This document shows, one piece after another, positions 1-9,117 of a stretch of 64,000 nt of DNA (positions within the stretch are counted from its first letter, which is position 1; each line of letters starts with the position of its first letter). Made by a program: the position numbers and the translations under genes. Under the pieces are notes generated by a model. The model had not been told where the DNA came from. It ran no database searches and worked only from the letters and a program-made list of their open reading frames with translations. The DNA lies in the NCBI GenBank assembly GCA_965203485.1, contig OZ241892.1, positions 384,001-448,000 of the forward strand, in the 5' to 3' direction. The stretch is from Longimicrobiales bacterium. Its GTDB lineage: Bacteria > Gemmatimonadota > Gemmatimonadetes > Longimicrobiales > Gaopeijiaceae.

Positions 1-2
1 GC

Positions 3-2168
3 TACTTCGCGTTCCGCGACGTGGCGCCGGGCGCCTACGCGGTCCTCCTCGCCCTGATCGGCTACGAGTCCGCCGGGCAGGACGTGGCGGTGGCCGCGGG
101 CGAGCGCGCCGAGATCGAGGTCGTGCTCGCGATCCAGCCGATCGCCCTCGCGGGCGTCACCGTGGACGCGGAGCGGAGCCGCGTGCGCACCCGCTTCGAG
201 GAGACCGCCGGCACCACGGTCCAGGACATCGACAGACGGAGCATCAAGTCGGTGCCGACGGTGGCGGAATCGGACCCGCTCCGGGCCGTCGAGGTCCTGC
301 CCGGCGTGACCACCGTGTCGGACATCTCGTCGGCCTTCAACGTGCGCGGAGGCTCGGCCGACCAGAACCTCATCCTGCTGGACGGCGTGCCGATCCTCAG
401 TCCGTTCCACCTGGGCGGCTTCTTCTCGGTCTTCAACGCCGACATGATCCGCCGCGCGGAACTGCGTTCGGGCGGCTTCCCGGCCGAGTACGGCGGGCGC
501 GTGTCCTCGGTCCTGCTGCTCGACTCCGACGTGGGCGACGGCGCGCTCGGCGTGGACGCGGGCGTAAGCCTCCTCGCGTCGCGGGTGGCGGTCAACGGGT
601 CGCTTCCGGGGCGCATGTCGAACGCGCTGGGACTCGCGAGCGCGCGCTGGCGCATGTCGGCGCGCCGGTCGTACGCCGACGCCGTGCTGCGGCCCTGGGC
701 CGACGTGCCCTATTCGCTCCGGGACCTGCAGGGCGTCTTCGAGACGTGGACGAAGGGCGGCAACCGTTTTCGCCTCACCGCCTACTCCGGCAGCGACCGT
801 CTCGACGCTCCCAACGGCCTGGGCGGCTCCGGGGCTGACGGCGACGAATCGATCAAGATCGTTTGGGACTGGGGCAACAAGGCGATCGGCGCCTCCTGGA
901 CGGACCCCATGACCGGCGGCGGCGCGCTGGAGGTGCGGGGCTACTTCTCGCAGTACGAGTCCGACCTCTTCTTCCCCGACTTCGAGGACGTGCGCTTCGC
1001 CACGCAGATTCACGAGACCGGCTTCGGCGCGGACCTCGAGAGGCGTCCCACGCCCCGCACGCGCTGGAAGTCCGGCGCTTCGGCCAAGAGGGCGTGGTAC
1101 CGCAACAACGTGCAGGACAGGGCGACGGGCGTCGGCGGGCCGCCGGGCGGACGGGGTGAGGGATGGGAGATCTCGGGCTACAGCCAGCTCCACTGGGAAC
1201 CGAGCCGGCAGTGGCTGATCGAGGCCGGCGCGCGGTTGGACCACTGGAGGCCCGGCCGGGGGCGGGACGAGACGACGGTGTCGCCCCGCGTGGCCGCGAA
1301 GCGCTTCCTGGAAGACAGGAAGTCGGCGGTGCGGCTCTCGTTCGGCCGCTACTCGCAGTTCGTGCACTCGACCCGCAACGAGGCGCTTCCCTTGGGCCTG
1401 GATCTCTGGTTGCTGGCCGGGGACAGGGCCCCGCGCGTGGTCTCCGATCAAGTGCAGGCGGGCTTCGAGCGCTTCTTCGGCGAAGACGAGCAGTGGTTTG
1501 CGACCGCCGAGGTCTACTACCGCGGCTTCGACGGCGTGATCACGAGGAACTTCGCCGACGATCCCAACGATCCTCTGGACGACCTCCTGCCCGGCCGGGG
1601 CCGCGCCTACGGGCTCGACTTGTTCCTCAAGCGCGACCAGGGCGCGACGACGGGATGGCTGTCGGTCTCCTTCATGCGCACCTCGCGCACGTTTCCCGAC
1701 ACGAGGTCGGGCCTCGATCCGTTGCCCGAGATCACGTTTCCGCCCCCGTACGCGCAGGAAGTGGACCTGGACCTCGTGTTGCAGCGGAGCTTGGGATGGG
1801 AGATCGAGGCGGGACTGCGGTTCAACTTCTCGGCCGGGAGGCCCTACACGCGTCCCTTGGGCACGTACGAGGGCAACAGGTTCGGTCCGCTCGCCGGCAT
1901 TTGGGACTTCGGAGCCTTTCCGGGGTTGCTTCTGGGGCCGCGCAACGGCGAACGCTTTCCGGTGCGCCACCGGCTGGACGTGAGCTTCAGAAAGGAGATG
2001 CGCTGGGACTGGGGCCGGGTGACGCCTTATCTCAGCGTGCTCAACGTGTACAACCGCAAGAACGTCCTGTTCTACTTCTTCGAGTTCGACAGGGAGCCCC
2101 CCAGGAGGAGCGGCCTGTCGATGACTCCGATTCTACCCACCCTCGGAGTGGAGGTGTCGTTCCGATGA
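3..2168 (+). CDS. TonB-dependent receptor with N-terminal carboxypeptidase-regulatory-like domain (5' end outside window)
   Basis: Frame open from the window edge; plug motifs (LPGV, FNVRGGSADQNLILLDG, GGFPAEYGGRVSSV); C-terminal NVYNRKN and terminal aromatic strand (GVEVSFR). Confidence 0.9.
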   Translation, partial: YFAFRDVAPGAYAVLLALIGYESAGQDVAVAAGERAEIEVVLAIQPIALAGVTVDAERSRVRTRFEETAGTTVQDIDRRSIKSVPTVAESDPLRAVEVLPGVTTVSDISSAFNVRGGSADQNLILLDGVPILSPFHLGGFFSVFNADMIRRAELRSGGFPAEYGGRVSSVLLLDSDVGDGALGVDAGVSLLASRVAVNGSLPGRMSNALGLASARWRMSARRSYADAVLRPWADVPYSLRDLQGVFETWTKGGNRFRLTAYSGSDRLDAPNGLGGSGADGDESIKIVWDWGNKAIGASWTDPMTGGGALEVRGYFSQYESDLFFPDFEDVRFATQIHETGFGADLERRPTPRTRWKSGASAKRAWYRNNVQDRATGVGGPPGGRGEGWEISGYSQLHWEPSRQWLIEAGARLDHWRPGRGRDETTVSPRVAAKRFLEDRKSAVRLSFGRYSQFVHSTRNEALPLGLDLWLLAGDRAPRVVSDQVQAGFERFFGEDEQWFATAEVYYRGFDGVITRNFADDPNDPLDDLLPGRGRAYGLDLFLKRDQGATTGWLSVSFMRTSRTFPDTRSGLDPLPEITFPPPYAQEVDLDLVLQRSLGWEIEAGLRFNFSAGRPYTRPLGTYEGNRFGPLAGIWDFGAFPGLLLGPRNGERFPVRHRLDVSFRKEMRWDWGRVTPYLSVLNVYNRKNVLFYFFEFDREPPRRSGLSMTPILPTLGVEVSFR

Positions 2169-3244
2169 AAAGCGATGGCAGGGGTTGGAAGACGGCGCCG
2201 AGGGCCGCGGCCCTGGTTTCTCTGCGGCGGCAACCTGCGAGCGAGACCGTGGGGCGCGTTGCGAAGACGGCGCTGGTGGCCGTGGCGTCGGCGGCTTCGT
2301 GGAGTTGCGAGCTCGTCGAAGTCGAGGTGGCCAGGCCCGACGACGTGGTGGTGGCCGAAGCGGCGCTCGTTCTCGCGAGCGACGCCGGCGCCGGGCGAGG
2401 ATTCGCGATGTCCGCGTTGGCGTTGCTGCACCGCACGCGCCAGGAGACGGGCGTGGCCCCGGTCGACGGGGCGACCGTGCGCGTCTCGGACCAAGACGGA
2501 CGCTCCGTGGTCCTGTTGCCGGAGCCGCGTGGCCTGTGCGTCGACAGCCTCGACTGGCGGTTCGCCCGCGATCTGTCGGGCGCCTCCTGCTACCGCGCCG
2601 CGCCGACGGAAGAGCCGTTTGTCCCGGGAGACCGGCTGACCCTCGAGGTCGTCCTGGCGGACGGCGGCGCGCTCGAAGGCGCTTCGCAGGTTCCGTCGCT
2701 CTTCTCGATGCCGGACTTGCGCTTGGCGAACGGCGTCTGCGGGATGTTGCCCGAGACCCAGCAGCGCATCGACTGGACGCAGGCGGAAGGGGCCTGGGCC
2801 TACAAGAACGAGGCGCGCATCTCGGGGTACGCTCCCAGCGCCGGTAGCGCTGGCCGTTCCAAGCCCGTGCACCTGGAGCTGCTCGCCATCGGCCGAGAGG
2901 AGACGGGCTTGGTGTTCCCTCGCTCGTTCGGACTCTCCGAGTACCTCGACGAAACCTACGACCGCGAGCTGATCCTCAGGCTGCGCGACGGGTTGCCCGA
3001 AGGCGCCTCGGCCGAACTCTCCGTGACCGCCATCGACCGAAACTGGATGAACTGGGCCCGCACCTCGGGCATCACTTTCTCCGGCGTAGTGCGCATTCCC
3101 TCGGTGTTCGGCGACGGGACGGGCGCGTTCGCGACGGGAGTGCGGCGGCGGTTCGAGGTGGCCGTCGAAGACGCCGCGGACTTGCCGGCGTGCGGACCGG
3201 CGGCGGTAGGGAGCGCGGGCGTGCAACTGCCCTTGGCGCCGTAG
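2165..3244 (+). CDS. Putative lipoprotein, DUF4249-like, partner of the TonB-dependent receptor
   Basis: ATG at 2165 overlaps the receptor stop (ATGA); hydrophobic stretch ending in SWSC; V-x-GATVRVSD and C-terminal SVFGDGTGAFAT typical of TBDR-adjacent lipoproteins. Confidence 0.65.
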   Translation: MKSDGRGWKTAPRAAALVSLRRQPASETVGRVAKTALVAVASAASWSCELVEVEVARPDDVVVAEAALVLASDAGAGRGFAMSALALLHRTRQETGVAPVDGATVRVSDQDGRSVVLLPEPRGLCVDSLDWRFARDLSGASCYRAAPTEEPFVPGDRLTLEVVLADGGALEGASQVPSLFSMPDLRLANGVCGMLPETQQRIDWTQAEGAWAYKNEARISGYAPSAGSAGRSKPVHLELLAIGREETGLVFPRSFGLSEYLDETYDRELILRLRDGLPEGASAELSVTAIDRNWMNWARTSGITFSGVVRIPSVFGDGTGAFATGVRRRFEVAVEDAADLPACGPAAVGSAGVQLPLAP

Positions 3245-3347
3245 GCGAGGCTGCAACGCTCTTCCGCAACGCGCGCCGGCACCTCACGCGCGGGCGCTTG
3301 CGGCGACCGGCCGCCACAGGCTCCGACGCCCTCGGCCGCGCGCCTGT

Positions 3348-4527
3348 TCAGTTGCTCCGGTAGGACCGGACCGGCGGCAGCCGCGCTCCCGTGCCGCCCG
3401 GCGGCTCCTCTTCCGCCACCACGGGGATACCGAGCGTGCCGATTCCGTCGATCGTCGCCTCGATCAGGTCGCCGGGCTCGAGGAAGCGTTGCTCGCCGCG
3501 CACGGCGGTGCCCATGCCGACGCCGCCGGACGTCCCGTTGTTGACGACGTCGCCGGGGAACAGGGTGATGATCGACGAGCCGTACTCGATGAGTTCCCAG
3601 AGGGTGTGGATCATGTCGCCGGCGCGCGCCTCCTGCATCTGCTCGCCGCCGATGCTCAGGGTCTGGCGCAGCTTCTCCATGGGGTCGCCGTAGAACTCCT
3701 TGGGGACGATCCACGGTCCCATGGGCGCGAAGGTGTCGTGTCCCTTGCCGACGAACCAGTCGGAGCGAAGAGGGTTGCCGCCCGGGGGACGCCCGCCCCG
3801 GTCCGAGATGTCCAGCGTCACCGTGTAGCCGAAGACGTGGTCCTGGGCCTCGTCGGCCGACACGTACTTCGCCGCGCGTCCGATCACGGCGCCCAGTTCC
3901 ACTTCCCAGTCGGTCCGGTCCCGGCCCCAGGGAATCACGACCGAGTCCCCGGCGCCGACGACCGCGCCCCGGCTGGGCTTCAGAAAGAGATAGGGCACGC
4001 CTCGGTTCTCCCGGCGCTGCCGGCGGGCCTCGGCGCGCTCTTCGGGCGTCCCCGTCTCCTCCACGTGGCTGTAGAAGTTGACCGCCGCGTTGAGGATCTT
4101 GCCCGGATACATGATAGGGGGAAGCGTCCGCACGTCTTCCACGGCGTGGACGAAGCCGGGGCGGGGGCCCGCGTCGATCAACTGGTTGGCCGCCAGGTAG
4201 TCGACGATCTCGTATAGCCGCCGCTTGACGCCGTACTCGTAGCGGCCGATCAGGTCCAGCATGTCGGCGGGCATGGGAACAGCCGGGTACGCCGCGTTGC
4301 GCTCCAGCGTCCGGTTCGCTTTCTCCGATCTCCACGACCAGGGCGTCGCGAAGCACGAGTCCAACCCGCGCCGCGCCGTCGATCTCGAACGTGCCGACCT
4401 TGAAGGGCTCGGCCACTCGGGCTTGCGCAGCGGCCGCCGTCTCCTGTCCGGGGGCGCTCTCCGCTCCAGTGGCGGCTGTTGCCACGAGGGCGCCGGCAAC
4501 GGTTGCGCGCCGCGTCGCGAGCTTCAT
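3348..4527 (-). CDS. Fumarylacetoacetate hydrolase family protein, interrupted by an apparent +1 frameshift near 4325
   Basis: FAH motifs (PGKILNAAVNF, DWEVELG, DISDR, GKGHDTFAPMGP, LFPGDVVNNGTSGG); the N-terminal signal-like part (MKLATRR..., RBS AGGAG) is in a different frame from the catalytic part. Confidence 0.8.
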
Positions 4528-5024
4528 TGGTCCGTCTCCTGTCCGGGGGATGTCCGCGCCGGGGGCTCGGCGCCCCTTCGACTGTCCAACCTCCCGCGCT
4601 GTCCGCCGTCCAGCCGCGCGGGGATCGGCGTGCCGTGGGGATCCGTGTGCGGGTCGCCCATCGCTTCGGCCATCCGCTCCACGAGGCGGTCCGAAGCGGC
4701 GTGCTCCAGGCGCTCGGCTTCCTCGTGCACTTCGGCGGACGGGAAGCCCAGCTGCCGCACCAGGAACGACTCGATGATCCGGTGCCGCCGCACCACGCTC
4801 ACGGCGACGGCGCTGCCCGCTTCCGTCAGGCGAACGCCGCGATAGGGCTCGTGCGCCACCAGCCCGTCCTCGGCGAGACGGCGGATCATTCCGCTCACGG
4901 ACGCCGGCTGCACGTCGAGCGTCCGCGCCAGTTCGGTCGTGCCGGCGGCCTCGCCGTTCTCGTTGAGGCTGTACACGGCCTTGAGGTAGTCTTCGACGGA
5001 GCGCGAGAGGGTCGGAGCGGTCAC
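4524..5024 (-). CDS. mntR: DtxR/MntR family metal-dependent transcriptional regulator
   Basis: EDYLKAVY, LDVQPASVSGMIRRL, RRHRIIESFL, EAERLEH, DPHGTPIP motifs; GTG start at 5024. Confidence 0.9.
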   Translation of the reverse strand: MTAPTLSRSVEDYLKAVYSLNENGEAAGTTELARTLDVQPASVSGMIRRLAEDGLVAHEPYRGVRLTEAGSAVAVSVVRRHRIIESFLVRQLGFPSAEVHEEAERLEHAASDRLVERMAEAMGDPHTDPHGTPIPARLDGGQRGRLDSRRGAEPPARTSPGQETDQ

Positions 5025-5155
5025 TGGGCGGCCGGGCGGCGGACGAGCGGAGGCAAGGGCGCGAACCTCCAAACATAGACGACCAGCCTGCGCTTCCCGA
5101 TATTCACGCGATATTCCGGGGCGCAAGACGCGAGAGCATCCTTTGGCCAGGAGGC

Positions 5156-5353
5156 ATGGTGGCAAACACGGTGGCGGTGGACGCCAAGCGCATCCTGCTC
5201 CGCTACGGAGCGCCGATTGCAGTTCTGGACAAGGTGCCGAAGGCGGTCCGCATCGACTTGGCCCGCACCATCGCCCGCACGCCCCTGGCCGAGCGCGAGG
5301 CCCGGTTGCGCGCACTTCTGACCGAACGCGGGTACCTGAAGGCGAGCGAGTAG
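5156..5353 (+). CDS. Small hypothetical protein (65 aa)
   Basis: Strong RBS AGGAGG just before the ATG, host-like codon usage, fills the gap between flanking genes. Confidence 0.7.
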   Translation: MVANTVAVDAKRILLRYGAPIAVLDKVPKAVRIDLARTIARTPLAEREARLRALLTERGYLKASE

Positions 5354-5376
5354 CGCCCTGCCCCAGGTTGCGACCG

Positions 5377-7155
5377 CTACGACGCCGGCGGGGGCGCGGA
5401 AGCGGAGGGAGCGGTCACGCGCAACGTCCTGAGCCGGCTGAGGGCGGCGGCCACTTCCTGCATCCGGGGCTCCGCGAGGTCGCCGCGGCGTTCGGTGCTC
5501 AGCGAGTCCAGCCCGCCGGACTCCAACACTTCGCGCAACGCTTCCAGCACGTCCTCGACGGTCCGTTCCGCGCCCATTGCGTCCCGCGCCCGCGCCAAGG
5601 CGAGCCCGACCGCCCGGACCTGCGCCGCGGAGACGATCTGCGGCACGCCCGCGAGCTGAACCCGCTCGCGCCCGAACTCCATCGCGTCCCGTCCGCGCGC
5701 CTTGACCGCGACCCGCCGACGGCCCCGCTCCGGGCGGATGGACGCAGGGTCGGGACACCGGTGCCTGAACGGCCAGCGGACCGGCCCTGCTTCGGCCAGC
5801 CTGCCGGTGGGGTGGGCGGCGGCGACCTCGCGGGCCCGGGCGGTCAGGTCGCGAGGCTCGTAGGAGGTCATGCCGATCACGCGGTCGGCGACGTCCAAGT
5901 AGTCGCCCGAGCCGCCGATCACGATCAGGGCGCTGGCGTCGGCGCCCTCGAACAGCGCGCGGGCGCGGTCCACGAACGGGGTTATCGGCTCGTCGTCGCC
6001 TTGGACGAGGGCCTGCATGCGACGGTCGCGAATCATGAAGTTGGTGGCCGACGTGTCTTCGTCGACGAGCAGGAGGCGGGCGCCGGCTTCGAGCGCTTCG
6101 ATCACGGCGGCGGCCTGGCTCGTGGAGCCCGAGGCGTTGGCGGTCGAGAACCGGCCGGTTCCTGCGCCGCCGGGCAACGTGCCGATGAAGGGCGAGATGT
6201 CCACGCCCGCGACGGAACGGCCGTCCTCCGCCTGCACCCTCGTGGCGGTGGGCTCCGCGACGACGCGCTCGCGGCCGTCGCCCGGCCGGTGGTTGTAGAC
6301 GCCGCGCGCCACCGCGTCGAGGAGCGTCGACTTTCCGTGGTAGCCGCCACCGGCAAGAAGCGTCACGCCCCCGGGAAGCCCCATTCCCGGAACCGGAGGG
6401 CCGTTGGGGCGCTCCAGCACGACCCGAAACGGCTCCGGCGCCTCGAAGAGGACGGCCTTTTCCCGTCGCAGCGGCCTGTCGTCGTCCCCGCTCCGGCGGG
6501 GCAGCAGCGATCCGTCGGCGACGAAGGCCACGAGCCCCCGCTCCGGCAACTGGGCGCGCAGGTGGTCCGCGTCTTCGTTGGTCTCCGCGTGCAGCGTCAC
6601 GTCGGCGGGGTCGTGGGCACGCGCCACCAGGGAGGCGGCCACCAGAGACGGCAACGTCTCCAGGAGGAGGCGGGCCGCGTCCCGGCCCCGAACCCGTCGT
6701 CCGTTGGCGGGCAACCCCACCGTGAACCGAGCCTCGAGGCTACCGTCCGGCCCGGCGAGGACCGCCGTCTGGGGCAGCACGACCTGCCCCGGGTCGGCCA
6801 TCGCGATCTCTCCGCTCCTGCCGTGGCCAGCGTCTCTCTCGCGGCCGAGCCGCCGGGCTTGGGCCGCGAACGTTCGGGCCAGCAGGCACGACAGTCCCGT
6901 CCGGCGCGCTTGCGTGGCCGTGGCCTCGTCCGGGAAGCCTGCGGCGCGGGAGTCGAGCAGCACGGCGACCGAGCTGGGCGCCGCGAACGGGTCGCCTTGC
7001 ACGCGGCGCACTACCAGGGTGAATCCGGGCACCTGCCACGCGCCCCGAATGTCGCGGTACGCCGGGTATCCGCGCCCGTCAATGCGATGCAGCAACTGCT
7101 CGAGTTCGGCCGCGGTCCCGTTCACGGGCCGGCCTCGGGTCGACGTGCGCGCCAT
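5377..7155 (-). CDS. ABC-ATPase domain-containing protein (ABC_ATPase / MRB1590-like family)
   Basis: IDGRGYPAYRDI, VQGDPFAAPS, Walker A GGGYHGKST, ASGSTSQAA, LLVDEDTSATNFMIRD; start 7155 or 7125. Confidence 0.85.
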   Translation of the reverse strand: MARTSTRGRPVNGTAAELEQLLHRIDGRGYPAYRDIRGAWQVPGFTLVVRRVQGDPFAAPSSVAVLLDSRAAGFPDEATATQARRTGLSCLLARTFAAQARRLGRERDAGHGRSGEIAMADPGQVVLPQTAVLAGPDGSLEARFTVGLPANGRRVRGRDAARLLLETLPSLVAASLVARAHDPADVTLHAETNEDADHLRAQLPERGLVAFVADGSLLPRRSGDDDRPLRREKAVLFEAPEPFRVVLERPNGPPVPGMGLPGGVTLLAGGGYHGKSTLLDAVARGVYNHRPGDGRERVVAEPTATRVQAEDGRSVAGVDISPFIGTLPGGAGTGRFSTANASGSTSQAAAVIEALEAGARLLLVDEDTSATNFMIRDRRMQALVQGDDEPITPFVDRARALFEGADASALIVIGGSGDYLDVADRVIGMTSYEPRDLTARAREVAAAHPTGRLAEAGPVRWPFRHRCPDPASIRPERGRRRVAVKARGRDAMEFGRERVQLAGVPQIVSAAQVRAVGLALARARDAMGAERTVEDVLEALREVLESGGLDSLSTERRGDLAEPRMQEVAAALSRLRTLRVTAPSASAPPPAS

Positions 7156-7398
7156 GACCTTTAAGAAAACACGACGGCCGCGCGCATGCGCCGCGTCGTG
7201 GGCAAGCGGCGACCGCGCCGCGCCGAGCGGGACCGAGCCGGAGCAAGCGTAGGCGACGGTCGCATCCAGAGGCGGCGCCCACATGCGCTTGGGCAACTCG
7301 CTGCAAGCCGCCGCTGCCGCAGGATCCCTCGCTTCCCGCCGTTTGGTTCCTCTGCCCGCCGCTTGCGCGCCAAGGAACAATCGGCTACTTAAGGCCCC

Positions 7399-9117
7399 AT
7401 GACTCGACCCTTCGGCGTGCGGAGGCCGCCCGGCATCCGCGCTCGCGTTTCGGCGGCGCTGGCTTCGGCGAGCGCGTTGGCGGCGTGGGCGTGCGGACCC
7501 GCCATGCCGCCCGAGATCGCGGACGCGCCCCAGGCGGCGACTTCGATGGACGGCGTGGTCGTGGCGGCGCAGCCGCTGGCGGCGGAAGCGGGGGCGAGGA
7601 TGCTTAGGGCGGGCGGCAACGCGGCCGATGCGGCGGTGGCGGCGGCGTTCGCCGTGTCCGTGGTCGAGCCGTCGATGAACAGCATCGGAGGCCGCACCCA
7701 GATCCTCGTGCGCCTTCCGGACGGCGGGTTCGCCGGCGTCGACGCGACGACCCAGGCGCCGGCGTCCTACGATCCCGAGACGGCGCCGCAGGCTTCCTAC
7801 GGATATGCGACGGTGGGAGTGCCCGGCGCCGTCGCCGGACTGGTGCGGCTGCTCGACGACCACGGCACCATGCCGCTTGCCGAGGTCGTGGCGCCGGCCA
7901 TCGCGTTGGCGGAAGAGGGCTTCCACCTGCTTCCGGGCGAGGCCGCCCGCCACGCCGCCGGAGCCGCCCAGCTGGGCGAGTTCGCGGGGTCGCGCGCCCA
8001 CTTCCTGGACTCGGCGGGGCAGTCCCGTCCGGCGGGCAGCCTGTTCGTGCAGCCGGACCTTGCCGAGACGCTCCGGGCGATCGCGTCCGGCGGCGCCCGC
8101 GCCTTCTACGAGGGCGAGATCGGGCAGGCCATAGCGGCCGACGTCGCCGGCAACGGCGGCGCCGTGACGGCCCGCGCGCTGGCGGACTACCGCGCCGAGG
8201 ATTCCCGCATCGTGCACGGCAGCTACAGGGGCCACGAACTCGTGGGAACTGACTTGCCCGCGTCGGGGGCGGTGACGATCGGCGTCCTGCAAGTTCTCGA
8301 GCGCTTCGACATGGCGGCCTTGGACGAGCCCGAATGGGCGGCTCTCGTGGGGACGGCCGTCGCCGAGGTGTTCGCGCGCACTAGGGAGGACGGAACCGGC
8401 GACGCGACCAGCAAGGCGTGGGCCGCCGAGATCGCGGCGGGAATCGAGCTGCCGGGCGTGGCGCCGGTTGCCGCGGCGGCCTCGCCGGGTGCGCAGCCCG
8501 TGGAGGCGTTCACGGCGCCGTCGGCCGCGTCTCGCCTTTCGTTCGCCGGGGCCTCCGCGAGCTCCCACACGACGCACCTGTCCGCGGGCGACTCGGCGGG
8601 CATGTTCGTGTCGCTCACGCAGACGATCGGACCCAACCTCGGCTCCAAGGTCGCGACGCCCGGCTTGGGCTTCCTCTACGCGGCCACGCTCGGCGGCTAC
8701 CTGGGGCGGATGGAGCCGGGCGAGCGCGCGAGTTCCAGCATTTCGCCGCTCATGGTGCTTCGCGACGGGGAGCCGGCGCTGGTGCTCGGAGCGGCGGGCG
8801 GCAGCCGGATCGTGTCGGCCGTTGCGCAGGCCGTCCTGCGGGTCGTGGACCACGGAATGACGTTGGCCGATGCGCTGGCGGCGGCCCGCGTGCATCCGGT
8901 TGCGGGTGGAGTCGCGATGGAGACGTCGCCGGAGATCGGCTGGAGCGAGGCCGACGTGGAGACCGTCGGGTCTTGGGGACTGGAGGTGCAGGCGATCGCG
9001 CGCGCCGGTGCCTTCGGCCGCATCCACGGCATCCAGATCGACCCCGTTAGCGGAGAGATGACGGGCGTGGCCGATCCGGACTGGGAGGGAGCGGCGATCG
9101 TGCCGGACCGCAAGTGA
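7399..9117 (+). CDS. ggt: Gamma-glutamyltransferase family protein (Ntn hydrolase), probably an exported lipoprotein
   Basis: GGNAADAAVA, VVEPSMNSIGG, VGVPGAVAG, nucleophile HTTH, SSISP, LGAAGGSRI, GVADP. Confidence 0.9.
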   Translation: MTRPFGVRRPPGIRARVSAALASASALAAWACGPAMPPEIADAPQAATSMDGVVVAAQPLAAEAGARMLRAGGNAADAAVAAAFAVSVVEPSMNSIGGRTQILVRLPDGGFAGVDATTQAPASYDPETAPQASYGYATVGVPGAVAGLVRLLDDHGTMPLAEVVAPAIALAEEGFHLLPGEAARHAAGAAQLGEFAGSRAHFLDSAGQSRPAGSLFVQPDLAETLRAIASGGARAFYEGEIGQAIAADVAGNGGAVTARALADYRAEDSRIVHGSYRGHELVGTDLPASGAVTIGVLQVLERFDMAALDEPEWAALVGTAVAEVFARTREDGTGDATSKAWAAEIAAGIELPGVAPVAAAASPGAQPVEAFTAPSAASRLSFAGASASSHTTHLSAGDSAGMFVSLTQTIGPNLGSKVATPGLGFLYAATLGGYLGRMEPGERASSSISPLMVLRDGEPALVLGAAGGSRIVSAVAQAVLRVVDHGMTLADALAAARVHPVAGGVAMETSPEIGWSEADVETVGSWGLEVQAIARAGAFGRIHGIQIDPVSGEMTGVADPDWEGAAIVPDRK

